DNA of 64,000 nt from Octopus sinensis (taxonomy: Eukaryota), in assembly GCF_006345805.1 (NCBI RefSeq), contig NC_043007.1, positions 682,001-746,000 of the forward strand, given 5' to 3'. Positions 11,968-26,734 of the stretch are shown one piece after another. The first letter of the stretch is position 1. The number at the start of each line of letters is the position of its first letter. The notes under the pieces were generated by a model that did not search any database, was not told the DNA's origin, and was given only the letters and a program-made list of their open reading frames with translations. A program made the position numbers and the translations under genes.

Positions 11968-12699
11968 TGTATGTATGTATGTATGTATGTATGCATGTAT
12001 GTATGTATATGTATATATATATATGGCGGGTAAGGGAGTAGGTAGATGAGTGGAGGAGTGGAAAGAGAGACAAAGGACAACAGACGGCTTAACAGGAGAA
12101 GAATGCGAAAGAACTTTTGGTTTAGAATAAATTATTGGTTATTTACCGTTTAATCAGAAGTGGAATGGCAATGCTGTGGCCTTTAAACATTCTTCAAGAC
12201 TTGTAGAAGAGAGATAAAGAATGAGAACCAGCAAATACCACCACTAATGGAATGGTGGTACAGTAGGGAAAAAGTGAAGCGAGGTACCAATTTATTTTCT
12301 GACCATAGATTTGGGTTGTCCCCGTAACTTAGCGGTTCGGCAAAAGAGTCCGATAGAATAAATATTAGGCTTACAAAGAATGAGTCCTAGGGTCAATTTG
12401 TTCGACTAAAGGCGGTGCTCTAGCATGGCTGCAGTCAAATAAAAGAAAAAGAGTAAAAACGTAGCGATGGAATATTGCGACAAAATGTTTTATTAAACAA
12501 CAGCTATTGTAACGTAATTTTCCAATCATTCAAGGCTCAGGCTAGGTTGTTCTTTGTTGTTTTTTTTTGTTTATTTTCATGCCATGTAATAATTATTTTA
12601 GAGTAAAATTCGGACGAATTTATTAGTTTTCTTGTGTATTTCGAATTTTTGTATTTGTTTTTATCTGTTTTGCTTGCTTGAGTTTGAAGAAAGAGGTAG

Positions 12700-12895
12700 A
12701 GTTCATGGTTGCTGCAGGCTGTCCAACATCGGTGAGCTAAATGCCGTTAATGTAAAATATACAGTGATACAGATCAACAACTGCAGGCAAAAAGATTCCA
12801 GTGAGTTCTGGTGTTCTGGGGATAAGGGACTTGGTGTTATTTCGGAACCAGGGGCGGAGTGTTATTGCGATGAAGGTGACGGGAAGAGAGGTGAG
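12700..12895 (-). mobile_element. CR1/L2-like LINE 3' end, decayed
   Basis: Minus frame FIAITLRPWFRNNTKSLIPRTPELTGIFLPAVVDLYHCIFYINGI* resembles CR1-group ORF2 C-termini (SFIPRT..LWN.LP). Confidence 0.55.
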
Positions 12896-13788
12896 TGGAT
12901 CTTGGAATGAGACGAATATTAGTTCTAACTCTTTACACACTATCTTCCAGCTGGAAGCAAAACTTTCGTGGTGATCTGGCAGAATCGTTAGCATTTCATC
13001 TGTCTTTACGTTCTGAGTTCAAATTCCACCGAGGCTGACTTTTGGCTCCTTGCGCTCTGAGCTTAAATCTCAGCACGCCCTACCAGGACGTTAGACTTAT
13101 TCTTCACTCGGTTTAACACCAACATCTGACACTTTGGATGCTATTTCTGGAGTCAACTCTTTTACAAGCATGCAGTTAGATTTCTGATTTGAGGATACCT
13201 TCCACCCTCCCTCATGTCTTCGAAGCCCTGTAAAGGGTCATGGAAATAAAACACCGCATCCAAGGATTTTCCGACTCTGACTATCTTGTGCGTTTCTTTT
13301 TTGTTTCATATTTTCATGTATATTTAGTTATTCAAAGTGTCATTCCATTTTAAAATGGTAAAACATGAAGGATGATTGACAGCTATTTCTAGCAACGCGA
13401 ATAACCATGTGGCAGTTCATTTGCTGCTAAGAGGCAGTTGATGGTTAACATTGCGTTTGTCGTTCTTGTTACAGTTTTTCATTAGCCATGTATGAACCTT
13501 GGTCAAATAGGTCTCTCATGAAAAGCATTCGACCTAGGACCATCACGTGGTTTTCAGTATGTGTACCTGAAGAGAACTACGTTATCAAAATTCGTCATAA
13601 CCAAATATATACGTTATATATATACATATATTTATTTGTATTAAAAAAAACACACAAATTTCCACACGATAGCACGTGATCTCTGCCCTAGGCATGTAGC
13701 TTCAACCGTGTTTTTCTGACGTGAATTTGCTACCCAGGTATCGGTTAACCGAATTATCCATAATAAGATAATTCATTCAACTACTCAA

Positions 13789-13852
<64 letters not shown>

Positions 13853-14149
13853 TACAATTGCAGCGTGGAAGGTGTTTATAAGCCATTTAAGAAACACACA
13901 AAAGCCGTTCGATTCACTTCAAATTTTAAGTTTAATTTGTCAAAATATTTTCGTCGCTAAAATCCGCGACCTGTTCACTGACAAAAATCCGTGCTGCATC
14001 TCAGACAAATTAAACTTAAAATTTGAAGTGAATCGAACGGCTTTTGTGTCTTTCTTAAATGGCTTATAAACACCTTCTACGCTGCAATTGTTTTCGTTTC
14101 AGCACACGATCTCAGATCAAATTACTTGCTATGCGAGTACATCTCCGTA

Positions 14150-14211
14150 TATATATATATATATATAATATATATATATATATATACATACATATATATA
14201 TATATATACAT

Positions 14212-14245
<34 letters not shown>

Positions 14246-14312
14246 ATATACATATATACATATATATATACATATATATATACATATATAAATATATATA
14301 TATGTATATATA

Positions 14313-14344
<32 letters not shown>

Positions 14345-14350
14345 GTATAC

Positions 14351-14441
<91 letters not shown>

Positions 14442-14470
14442 ACATATATATAATATATATGTATGTATGC
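14150..14470. repeat. (TA)n/(TACA)n microsatellite
   Basis: Directly visible. Confidence 0.95.
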
Positions 14471-14569
14471 ATAATATAATATGATATATAATGCATGTAT
14501 ATCATATACAAATATATATGTATATGTATTAATATGTAGAGATATAGATATATACATTTAAACGGAATC

Positions 14570-14755
14570 CAGACAAAGTTCTTCAAGGAATACCAGATAA
14601 GCAACCTATACCTGGATGCAACTCACTCAACAAGAACTCCCTACTCGAATGGACCATGCTACCACAAAACTTGACTTAAAAAGGATTTAGCTAATCCTAT
14701 CAGCTGGTGGTATTAAGTTAAACATGGCTTGGGTCAATCTTAGCTATCTAAGTTA
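14570..14755 (+). mobile_element. LINE ORF2 C-terminus plus 3' UTR fragment
   Basis: Frame [30 protein letters not shown] resembles the IPD.P...NSL.(E/D)W ending of non-LTR retrotransposon ORF2. Confidence 0.65.
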
Positions 14756-14984
14756 TATATATATATATATATATATATATAACAGACAGGTACAGAAGAA
14801 AACAAACAGATAGATAGATAGATAGATAGATAGATATGTTTCTTTATTAGCCACACAGGGCTGCACACAGATAGAACAAATTACAAGGTAGAGCTTTTCT
14901 TTTGAAGGTTTAAAAAAAAAAAAAAGGAAGGGGGAGTTTCGATCAAAAGGGATCGTGAAAGGAGAGAAAGAGGACAAAAAAAGG

Positions 14985-15066
<82 letters not shown>

Positions 15067-15688
15067 CAGATAGACAAATACAGAGAAAGATACAGAGACT
15101 GAGTGACAAACAGTATTATTATTGCCACATGTCCTACCGAAGACTACATGTCTTGCCTCCATGTTAGTGATAACGAATAAAACTAGTTACAGTGGTGGAG
15201 CTAATAGCGGTAGGAGATCTTTTCCTTTTTTTTTTTCTTCTATAATGCTATTTTATAAAAGAATGTTCTATTAAGCAAAGAATAGCATTCTGGAGAACGG
15301 AAGATTCCTGAAATAGAAATGGAGACACAATTGAAGACAGAGGAAAGCGAACCATAAAATGCATTCGTTCGGAAGGGATCATTAGTTTTAACAAGCTTGA
15401 AAACACAGGCAACAGTAGCATTGATGTATGTTTTAGTATGCACGTGATGTGATTGTGCCGGGGGATAGGTGTGTGTGTGCGTGTGTGTGTGTGAGAAAAA
15501 GAAAGAGAGAGAGACGGAGAATGTGTGTGTGGAAGTGAGATAGGATAGGATGGTCCCTAGAGGTAACATTTATACACATATATTTTGTGTGTGTGTGTGT
15601 GTGTGTGTGTTAGTTGGTCCGTGTGTGTATGCGTGAATGTATATATATATATATACATGTGTGTGTGTGTGTGTGTGCTTACATGTGT

Positions 15689-15699
<11 letters not shown>

Positions 15700-15735
<36 letters not shown>

Positions 15736-15776
15736 TAGATAGATCGATAGATAGATAGACAGACAGACAGGCAGGC

Positions 15777-15838
<62 letters not shown>

Positions 15839-15904
15839 GCAAACATACAGGCAGGCAGACAGACAGACAGACAGGCAGACAGGCGGGCAGACAGACAGAC
15901 AGGC

Positions 15905-15947
<43 letters not shown>

Positions 15948-15980
15948 TAGATAGATAGAGAGAGACAGACAGACAGAGAC
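15700..15980. repeat. (GA)n-(GATA)n-(GACA)n compound microsatellite
   Basis: Directly visible. Confidence 0.9.
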
Positions 15981-16316
15981 AGAAGCGCTGAAAGATTTAC
16001 ACATACATGATTTGTGTACGTACGTGTGTGTACGTATGTGCGCATACATGTATGTCCGTCTGTATGAATATATGTGTGGGTATATGTAATGCATACATGA
16101 TTGGCCGCATACATACATATATATGTATGTGAGTGCGTCTGTGTTTATGTAAATGCACACACACACACACAAAGTTAGAATTGCATTTCTACCGACATAC
16201 AAATTTACATATTCGAATCATGTACACTGATACAGATCTTATAGTGTGCTGTACTTACCTCTGTGTATGTGTGCGTGTTTTTTTTTGTGTGTGTGTGTGT
16301 GCACATATATCCATGT

Positions 16317-16356
<40 letters not shown>

Positions 16357-16520
16357 CTTCTACATGTGTGTGAGTCTGTGTGTCGTTGTGTCTGTATAAT
16401 TACATATATTTGTGTATGCATGGATCTGAATGTAATTATGTATGTATATATATTCACATGCTTCTTAGGGTGTGTATTTACATATATGGAGAAATGGTAT
16501 ATACGCAGATCTGTAAAACA

Positions 16521-16551
<31 letters not shown>

Positions 16552-16656
16552 AACACATATAGACACATACATAAGCATATATACATACACATGTATATAT
16601 ATATATATATATATGCATACATACAGGGAAACAGAATGTTCGTTATGTGGATAAGG

Positions 16657-16703
<47 letters not shown>

Positions 16704-16830
16704 TATATTCTTCGTGTCATAAGACCAATTCAAAGACAACACTGAACTATTTCCGGTTTGACATCCCAGAAATAACTCAGTGAGACAAGTAGTATTTATA
16801 TATATATATATATAAATACCAACTTGTCTC

Positions 16831-16891
<61 letters not shown>

Positions 16892-16986
16892 GAAAAGTAA
16901 ATCAGTGTAAACAACAAAATTCAGTTCATGAAAACAAAGCGAAAATGGAAAAAAAAAAGACATTTGCTGTTTCTATTGCTGGCAGA

Positions 16987-17028
<42 letters not shown>

Positions 17029-17078
17029 TGTGTGTGTGTATGTGTGTGTGTACGTATACAAATGTGCATGTAAGTACG

Positions 17079-17110
<32 letters not shown>

Positions 17111-17841
17111 CTCAGTTAGTTGTCTTTATATCAGAAGTAGAAGCCGTACACTGAATAATATTAAGAGACCGGTTATATTTTTATATGGTCAAATTGTATA
17201 TTACTGGTCAGAGAATACAACTGGTCAAAAGGTCACTGTGGAATCTTGTAACTAGAAAATATTGAACATTCGTCAGACATTCTCCCTGGCGCTGAATTTC
17301 ATTGACCCTGTGCTGTTTCAATCGTGGCAAAAGGGTGAATCAACATTTAATGAAAAATATTTATAGGTTGAAAAAGAAAAGAGGCAGAGTTATTCTCCTT
17401 GGATTGGTGTTCGCCACTGATGAAGTGTGTAAGCAGTGTGTGTATCGTTCTCTAGCTCAAAAATGGATATGACCATGGTGCCAAAACGAATTTGCGCCCA
17501 TAAGCACACTACCTGAAAATTTCGCTTTTCGATTTCAAGAAATTTTAAAGATTTTTTTCTCCGCCAGGCAGAGACTACATATCTTTCTACCATTAAGATA
17601 CAGTCTAGATCGTTCCAACACCTCCCTTATGATAATTCCTTCTCTTTTAATCACCATATATAGCCAGAGTCTATATACCTTCAGCGCATAAGAGGCTATG
17701 TGCTTCCGACTGGTACGTCCGAAGAGTCATTCATATTGTCTAGCGCTAATATTCGGTGCGAAACTAACGGTAACATTCTAACCAGTTATGTGCAACAACC
17801 AGCAATATATTGGCTGAATATATATACATATATATATACAT

Positions 17842-17904
<63 letters not shown>

Positions 17905-19617
17905 GCATTTATTAGCACGTGATCTGATGGAGATTTGTCGTTCATTCACAGAATGACTTGATGAAAACACCAGTTTTTTTCTTTTAAGTAATGTTTCTCA
18001 GTGTATATTGAGAAAACACATACCTATACATACATATGTGTGTCTGCGCCTGTCTGTGTATGTATATATTCGAAAAACAGCCGACAACTGATGAAGGGTC
18101 GTCCTTTGTGTTGCTTGTCTTGTTTTCCATTTTGTTCTTTACTTGCTTGCAAAAAAGGTCCTTATTCCACGACCTCGTACTTCGTATTTTTTTTTGTTTT
18201 TTTATGTATTGTGACGTCCTGTGCCCACATATACATATGTATATACGTATACATGTAAGTATGTATGTATACGTATGTATTTTTATGCATGTATATATTA
18301 TTTATACATATATATATATATAAATGTATATATATGTATGTACATGTATGTATGTATGTATGTCATTGTTCAGTTTTATTTCAAGATTTCTTGCCAATAG
18401 AGAAAGGGCCGGTTTCTAACCTAGGTCCAAGGCTCCTTCCTTGGAATTTCAACATCAACAACTGGGGATTTTTGTTTATATGTGCAGATTTGTATGTTTT
18501 TTTATGTACATATTCTCATGCATATATTTGCATATCTAGACATGCTTAGATAAATATTTAAATGATAAACTTCTGGAACGTTTTACAGATTTTTACAGTT
18601 CCTGATTTTTACAGTTCGATCTGTAGTCTTCGAATTAGCTTTCTCCTTTCTGGTTTTGAGAAACCTAATTCCTCAAGATTGGTATTTAGGCAGTGTTACG
18701 TATCTCAGAGCTCCAATAATTACAGGTATAAGCCTGAACTTGTAGTCTGAATAGAGTAACTGCAGATTTCTCAATAGTTCAGCATAGGAGTTCTGTTTTT
18801 CACTGATCTTTATGTTAACTTTATATTAACTTTGTTAACTTTATGTTAACTATGTATGTATGTATGTATGTATGTATGTATGTATGTATAATTATTTCTA
18901 AATGTATGTATAATTATTTCTAAAGAAATTTTTCGGGCTGCCGTCCCCTTGATGCACAGACTAGGTTCCTAGTGCCCCACCCCCAACTAACTATCACAGA
19001 CACAGACTTCTTTCTGAAGCAAATTCAAAGAAACGGTTTTTCACAAAACTTTACCTAATGAACCCATTATTTCGCTGCTTTTACATGAATCGCTATCCCA
19101 TTATTGCCCCACTTTTATTCAACGCCCCCTTGGAACTTTCCACCGCACCTAAGGATGGGGGCAATACCGCCCATTCGAGAATCACTGCTCTAAACCATCA
19201 TCATTATTTCCCATCATCATCATCATCATCATCGTTGCTGTCGTCGTTGTCATCATCATCATAATTACCCCCTTCATTATTTTGCTTAACTCTGGCTAAC
19301 CCTAAGCTTAACGACAACCAAAAAACATCCCCAAAACATGTAAAACATATCGCAGAGGCATCTCTACTCGCAAGAATCTGTCTGCCGAAAGATGTATGCA
19401 GCACGGATGAGAATGCGTAAAAGTGCATATGTGCATATATCTGCATGTGTGTTTACGTGTGTGCGTGTGTAGCTACATATGTATATATATGTATGTATGT
19501 GTATGTATATATATATATATGTATATATATGCATGTGTGTGTATGTTTATAGATATATATATATATATGCATATATCTGCAGGTGTGTTTGCGTGTGCGC
19601 GTGTGTGGCTACATATG

Positions 19618-19652
<35 letters not shown>

Positions 19653-19657
19653 ATGTA

Positions 19658-19690
<33 letters not shown>

Positions 19691-19869
19691 ATGTGTGTGT
19701 GCATGTGTTTGTGTGTGTGTATATATACACACATATTTAATGATGATGATGGCGATGATGATGGTGGTGACTGACACACAGACATACACACACACACTCA
19801 CACACTCACACACACACGCACTCTCTCTCTCTCTCTTTCTCTATCCATCTATCTATCAATCTATCTCTT

Positions 19870-19912
<43 letters not shown>

Positions 19913-20274
19913 GAAATCTCTTGTCGCTTTGGTGGCGTTGATGCCGATGATGATGATGATGGCGATGATGATGATGGTGGTGATGTTGGTGATGATGGTA
20001 GTGATGACGATGACGACGATGGTTATTTATGCAGCAAATAAATCTTCATCAACCCACCAGAAATAACAGCCTTCATCGTCTTCCCATTTACAATAATTCA
20101 CTAATTCAATTAAGTTCACTATTTCTAGCCTTTTTTTGTTTTTTGTTTGCTTGTTTGTTTGTTTTTTTAGGAGGGAGGGGAGTTATTGTTGTTATTTTGG
20201 GGGTGCTTTGTATTTTGTTTTGGGGGTGTTTCTTTTTTCTTACTGATTGGCGGTTACTTCTGCTCGCGATCATC

Positions 20275-20809
20275 ATAGTGATGATGATGATGATGACGAT
20301 GGTGATGGTGATGATGATGATGATGATGAGAAGGAGGAGGAGGAGGAGGAGGACGATGATGATGAAGGTGATGATGATGATGATGGTGATGGTGATGATG
20401 ATGATGATGATGATGAGGAGGAGGAGGAGGAGGAGGAGGAGGCGGAGGCGGAGGATGATGAGGACGATGATGATGAAGGTGATGCTGATGAAGATGATGA
20501 TGATGGTGATGGTGATGATGATGATATGATGATGATGATGATGATGATGATGATGGTGATGGTGATGATGATGATGATGATGATGAGGAGGAGGAGGAGG
20601 AGGAGGAGGAGGAGGACGATGATGATGAAGGTGATGATAATGATGATAATGATGGTGATGATGATGATCACGATGACGATGATGATTGTGATGGTGATGA
20701 TGACGATGCCGATTATGATGGTGGTGGTGATGGTGGTGACGTTGATGGTGATGGTGGAGATGACGATGACGATAACGATGACGATGACGATGATAATGAC
20801 GACGACGAC

Positions 20810-20859
<50 letters not shown>

Positions 20860-20870
20860 CACTGATGTGA
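20275..20870. repeat. (GAT)n/(GAG)n/(GAC)n trinucleotide tract
   Basis: Directly visible; explains the poly-D/E/M ORFs. Confidence 0.95.
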
Positions 20871-21159
20871 TAATGACCATCTTCCCCAGTTACATAAAAT
20901 GAGAGGCTGACGGTGTGGTTGCGTCGCTGCTTATGCAAGTGATGCTACCGTGTCTTTTAGTACCATTCATACTGAGTGCTGGCACGATTGTTAGAACGTT
21001 TTTTTTTTTACCATTCTGGCTTTTTATGTTCTGAGTTCGAATTTGCACAAGAACCAAGAATTACTAAGGTTCGCAAAGAAATAGCGAAAGAAACTGACTC
21101 GGATTCTGCAGATTTAATCTATATAGCAGTATTCCTTTATTCTTTTATTCTTTTACCTG

Positions 21160-21310
21160 TTTCAGTCATTTAACTGCGGCCATGCTGGAGCACTACCTTT
21201 AGCCGAACAAATCGACCTCAGGACTTATTCTTTGTAAACGTAGTACTTATTGTATCGCTTGGTGACGGGGACGTAAACACACCAGCATTGGTTGTCAAAC
21301 GATGGTGGTG
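21160..21310 (-). mobile_element. SINE 3' half
   Basis: ttttacctgtttcagtcatttaactgcggccatgctggagcac...gacgtaaacacaccagc matches 50625-50830. Confidence 0.8.
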
Positions 21311-21386
21311 TGACTGACACACAGACTCACACTCACACACACACTCTCTCTCTCTCTCTTTCTCTATCTATCTATCTATCTATCAA

Positions 21387-21439
<53 letters not shown>

Positions 21440-21591
21440 GGAATCTCTTGTCGCTTTGTTAGCAACCGGCTTCAACTCTCTCAAGGACTTGAGACTCAAA
21501 GAAGAAACATGCATACACACACACACACTCTCTCTCTCTCTTTCTCTCTCTTTCCATCTATTTATCTCTTTCATTCTCTATCTATCTATCT

Positions 21592-21694
<103 letters not shown>

Positions 21695-21929
21695 CGGAAT
21701 GTCTTGTCGGTCTCTTAACGATCGGCTTTGAACTCTCTCTCAAGAACAACACAAACGAAACTGAACGCGAAGCACAGCGTTCCCCTTCCTGCGATGCACT
21801 TGGAACGGTCATCGGTGAATGTTTCCTGCTGCCTTTGGCTGTTTCAGGTCTGTCAACAAACACCCACACAACCAGTAACCTACTCGGGGCTAATGTGTGA
21901 AAGTGGCGACAGTTGTGGCAGTGATAGTA

Positions 21930-21939
21930 GCGTACTGCG

Positions 21940-21991
<52 letters not shown>

Positions 21992-22068
21992 CTATTGTAG
22001 TAATGGTAGTGGTGGTAGTAGTAGTAGTGGCAGTAGCAGTAACAGTAGCAGTAGAGCAGCAGTAGCAC

Positions 22069-22104
<36 letters not shown>

Positions 22105-22114
22105 CAGCAGTATA

Positions 22115-22195
<81 letters not shown>

Positions 22196-22898
22196 CGCGC
22201 GGTGATGTGTCGTAGTGGCCAGAGTGAAGATAGTATATGCGGCAGTGTGATCTCAGAGTGTTGTAGTATGTACAATTGCAGTGGTGGTGGAGGTAGTCGC
22301 GGTAGTGGTAGGAGTAGTATCGGTGATAGTGTTGTGTGGTCATATAACAACCTTCATGTCAAAACCATTGACGTCATCATATCCGTGTTGCCGCCGCCGC
22401 CGCCATCGCCGTCGTCGTCATCGTCATCGTCGTCGTCGGCCATGTTGTCTTTTGTTATTGTTGTTGCTGTTGCTGTCCTTACAAATGGAGTTGTTTGTTT
22501 CTTCAGCAATCGGTCAAATGGTTGTTACTGTTATTGTTATTGTTGTTGCTGTTGTTGATGTCGCATTTGTAGTTGTTATTTTTTTTCATTGTTATTTTCG
22601 CGGTTGTTGTTGTTGTTATTGTTGTCGATCTTGTTAATGATGTTGTTGTTCCTTGTTAAAGTCGTCCTTCTCTTTGAAATTGAAGCTTCGTTATTTGTTC
22701 TTGCTGCAGTTGTTGTTGTTGTTATAAATAATGATCTATACGTTGGTGTTATTGCTGTTGTTGTTGTTTTTGTAATGGCGGCGGTGGTGGTGGTGGTGAT
22801 GGTGGTGGTGGTGATGGTGGTGGAGGCAGCGGTGGTGTTTCTACGTAATGACGTATCGTTGTCTTCTGTATATATGTTTGGTCGTCGTACTTCGTGGC

Positions 22899-22930
<32 letters not shown>

Positions 22931-23240
22931 TTGTTGTTGTTGTTGTTCTTGTCGTCGTCGTCGTTGCAGTGACCCTTCAGCGCCGCGTTAAAGATAGTTC
23001 CTTTGTATTCGGTGATAAAACTGTTTTCGTTCCATTTATCAACCACTCCCATCGACGCGACGACGACAACGGCGAATCGGCAACGGAGAACATATAAGGA
23101 CGATGGCGGTGATGACAATGATGATGAGGAGGAGGAAGATGAAGATCATCATAGTGATGATGACGATAACAACGACAATGACGGCGCCAACGATGGTGCG
23201 GAGGATGATGCTGACGACAAAGCTGACGAGGATGATCTCT
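21930..23240. repeat. Mixed (TAG)n/(GCA)n/(GTT)n/(GTG)n/(GAT)n low-complexity region
   Basis: Directly visible degenerate trinucleotide tracts. Confidence 0.85.
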
Positions 23241-23372
23241 CTCTCCCCTCTTTCTCTCCATCTCTCTCTCCTTTTCATACTGCTCCTCGTGCCACTCTAT
23301 TGCTCTCTAATTCCTCTTTTTTCTATCTCTCTCTCTCTCCTTTAGCTCCCTCAATCTTTATTTCCTTTCTCC

Positions 23373-23420
<48 letters not shown>

Positions 23421-23594
23421 CTTCTGCGTATTACAAAAGGACACTAAATCCGGAGACACGTAATTCAAGCTGTGTCATTGAAATATTTCTTTTCCATTCC
23501 CTATAAACAAAAACCTTTCGCGGTGCCATCAACAGCATTCCAGACAAATCAAACCCACAAGTGGCGTCGACAACGGGTGAGCTGTCGCCCAGAA

Positions 23595-23850
23595 GTGTGC
23601 CACTAAGGGTTTCTTATTTCTTTACTGCCCACAAGGGGCTAAACATAGAGGGGACAAACAAGGACAGATAACGGATTATGACGATTATATCGACCCCAGC
23701 GCGTAACTGTTACTTAATTTATTGACCCCGAAAGGATGAAAGGCAAAGTCGACCTCGGCGGAATTTGAACTGAGAATGTAACGGCAGACGAAGTACCGCT
23801 AAGCATTTCGCCCGGCGTGCTAAAGATTCTGCCAGCACGCCACCCTAAGT
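23595..23850 (-). mobile_element. tRNA-derived SINE, CpG-intact copy
   Basis: gaaaggatgaaaggcaaagtcgacctcggcggaatttgaac...gattctgccagcacgccacc is the reverse complement of the head and core at 4987. Confidence 0.9.
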
Positions 23851-25214
23851 GCTTCCCTGAGCCTCTAAGGGCCCTCGCGCTTTTTCTAAAAACAATTTTT
23901 TTTCAATTTATCTTATTTGCGGACTTTTAAGTTGATGACATTTGAATAATCTCACGTGATCATTTAATTTTTCTTACGTAATCATTACCGATGACGGAAA
24001 AAAGGATACGCGCAGACATTGTTATAAACCTAAGATATGCCATAATATACAGTGGGCCATGGGCAATGGCTAAAAGGAAAATGTGGGCCATTATAATATG
24101 ATCTTACTGATCCCTTTGCTAAACAAAATGGTTACTTTATCCATGGCACACATGCACAGGGGCAATCATAAATCCCATTATATTGAACTGCCAGGATAGC
24201 AAACGCATGGATGAGAAAACCGATTTTCTATACCCCTCGGGTTGTAAGCGTGACAATTTTGCGGACAGCAAGATCTTGGAGGTTGCGACTTACTCGTTGA
24301 AACTGTGACCCAGGGCCTAAGGTGGCAATCGGCGTAAGAACATACCATTGCAAGTCACGCATTTCTTTGAATAGAAACAACGATATCATTCTTGAAAATC
24401 TGCGCGGTCATTTAACATGTTAGAAATAGCAGTTAATTATCCCTTAAATCGTTCTCTACAGCCTTGGGAAAGAAAAGAACATTATAAATACACTATAAAT
24501 AATGTATTCCAACACACCCTTAAAAGAAGTGATAGCCATGGATGGAACACTTTCAATCGAACATCTGTCTTGTAGCTAAGAGTAACAAAAGCCAATGAAT
24601 CAACGCCATCTGAGCAAATTTAACTTTTAGCAACGCCATCATGGCGTAAGAAGTATTTTTTAGCAACGCCATCGAAGCAAAGAAATTTTTTTCGCAATAA
24701 CATCGAAGCAAAGCTAGTTCTTATCAAGACTATCAGATTAAAAAGTTCTTCCTATTTTTTTCTAAATTCTTTTGGGTAAAGATGCTTTTCAGTAATGCTA
24801 TCAGAGCAAAGAGTTTTTTTAATCAAAGCCTTCACGTCAAACAGTTTTTTTTCCAACTCCATCGAAGGAAAAATAGTTAAAGTGTTATGTTAAGCTGTAG
24901 AATGGTATCAACGATTCCAGTCTGTTTCCTTGTTTGTCTGCCTCACTGTATTTCTGTATATCTGTAGATCTATCCGCCTCTCTGATGTTTTGACCTGTAC
25001 ACAGCAGTGTGGTGCACATAGTGCACCGTACACTGCGCAATATATGTTCTAATGGAAATGGCGACGATGTTACTGTTGGCATTGAGGAGAGGAAGGAGAA
25101 GTAAGGAAGGGGTGGAAGGAGGGGAGGAGGAAAAGATGAGGAGAGAGATGGAGAGACGTTGAAGGAAGGAAACGGTGGTGAAGACGACGATGTTGCAGAC
25201 GCTACTACTACAGT

Positions 25215-25336
25215 TAATGATGATGATGATGATGATGTTCATGGCTAAGAGATTTTTGATAACAATGGTAGTAATTATAGTGGTGGTTTTAGCGATGCTG
25301 GTTGTGCTGATGATGGTGGTGGTAGTAGTAGTAGTT

Positions 25337-25371
<35 letters not shown>

Positions 25372-25456
25372 GGTGGTGGTGGTGGTAGTGGTGGTGGTGG
25401 TGGCGGTGGCGGTGGTGGTCGTGGTCGTGGTAGTGGTAGTGGTGGTCGTGGTGGTC

Positions 25457-25487
<31 letters not shown>

Positions 25488-25522
25488 GGTAGCAGTGGTG
25501 GTGGTTGTCGTCGTCGTCGCAA

Positions 25523-25566
<44 letters not shown>

Positions 25567-26250
25567 ATGGCAGTGGTGATGCTGGTGTTGGTGTTGCTAG
25601 TGTCTGTGGTGGGGTTGGCTAATGTGGTTTTGGTGGTAGTAATGGTAGTTTGGAGATGATGGTGGCGAACGTCACTGTGTCGGTTGTTGCTGCGGAGGTG
25701 GTGATGGTGGTGGTGGTGGTTATGATGATGATGGTGACATAGTGGTGTGTGTTGGCAATGGTTGAGGTGATAGTGGCGGTAATGAAGGTAGTGATGGCAG
25801 CGGTGGTAGTTGTGGTGGTGGTGGTGGTGGTGGTGGTGGTGGTGGTGGTGGTGGTGGTGTGTAGGTAGTGGTGGTGGTTATAGCGGGTGTTTTAGTTGTG
25901 GCAGGTACGGTAATGGTGATGGTGAGCGTAGTGATGTGTGTTGGCAATGGTTGCGGTGGTAGTGGCGGTAATGAAGGTGGTGATGGCAGGGGTGGTAGTT
26001 GTGGTGTTGCAGTTGCGGTAATGGCTCTGGTGATTGTTGTGGTGGTTGTTGTAGTTGTGGCAGTTCGGCAGTTGCCGTAATGGTGGTGGTGGTGTGGTTG
26101 TGGTTGTGGTGGTGGTGGTGGTGGTGGTGGTTGTGGTGGTGGTAGTGGTGGTGGTGGTCGTGGTGGTGGTGATGGTGGTGGTGGTGGTTGTGTTGTAGTT
26201 GTGGCAGTTGCGGCAATAATGTTGGTGGTGGTGGTAGTGGTGGCGGCAGC
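25215..26250. repeat. (GTG)n/(TAG)n low-complexity region with an internal ~90-bp duplication
   Basis: Directly visible; 25730-25820 recurs at about 25913-26006. Confidence 0.85.
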
Positions 26251-26734
26251 GTGATCGGAAAACGACGATCCGATTGCACAAATTGGCTATTTGGAAACTT
26301 CCAATGAATTATAGTGCTGTTGTGGGAATTGGTTTCGAAAAAAAAAATAAATAAATAAAACTTTTTTTAAAAAAAGTAAAATAATTAATAAATTTTAGAA
26401 AAACACGTAATTAGTTCTTTCACTTTAAAACTAAATAATTAACTAAAGAAATAAAGAAATAAATTGATTTAATTATCAAGAAGCTTTGCGCAACTTGTGT
26501 ACATGATTATTAGAATTATTTTTAGACCTTTTAGGTGGACGAGGCAGTAAATCAGCAGACAGCTGTGTTTAATTTGGTTTTAAGTTCTGGGTTCAAATCT
26601 CAAAAAGTTGGATTTGTGTTTCATTTTCTAATCTTGATAAAAAAAAAAACCAGTAATATAGTGCCCTAGCGTGATTACTGGAAGGACTAATATACTTGAG
26701 ATAGGTGGAAAGTTTGTGGTATGGGAAGTATGAG

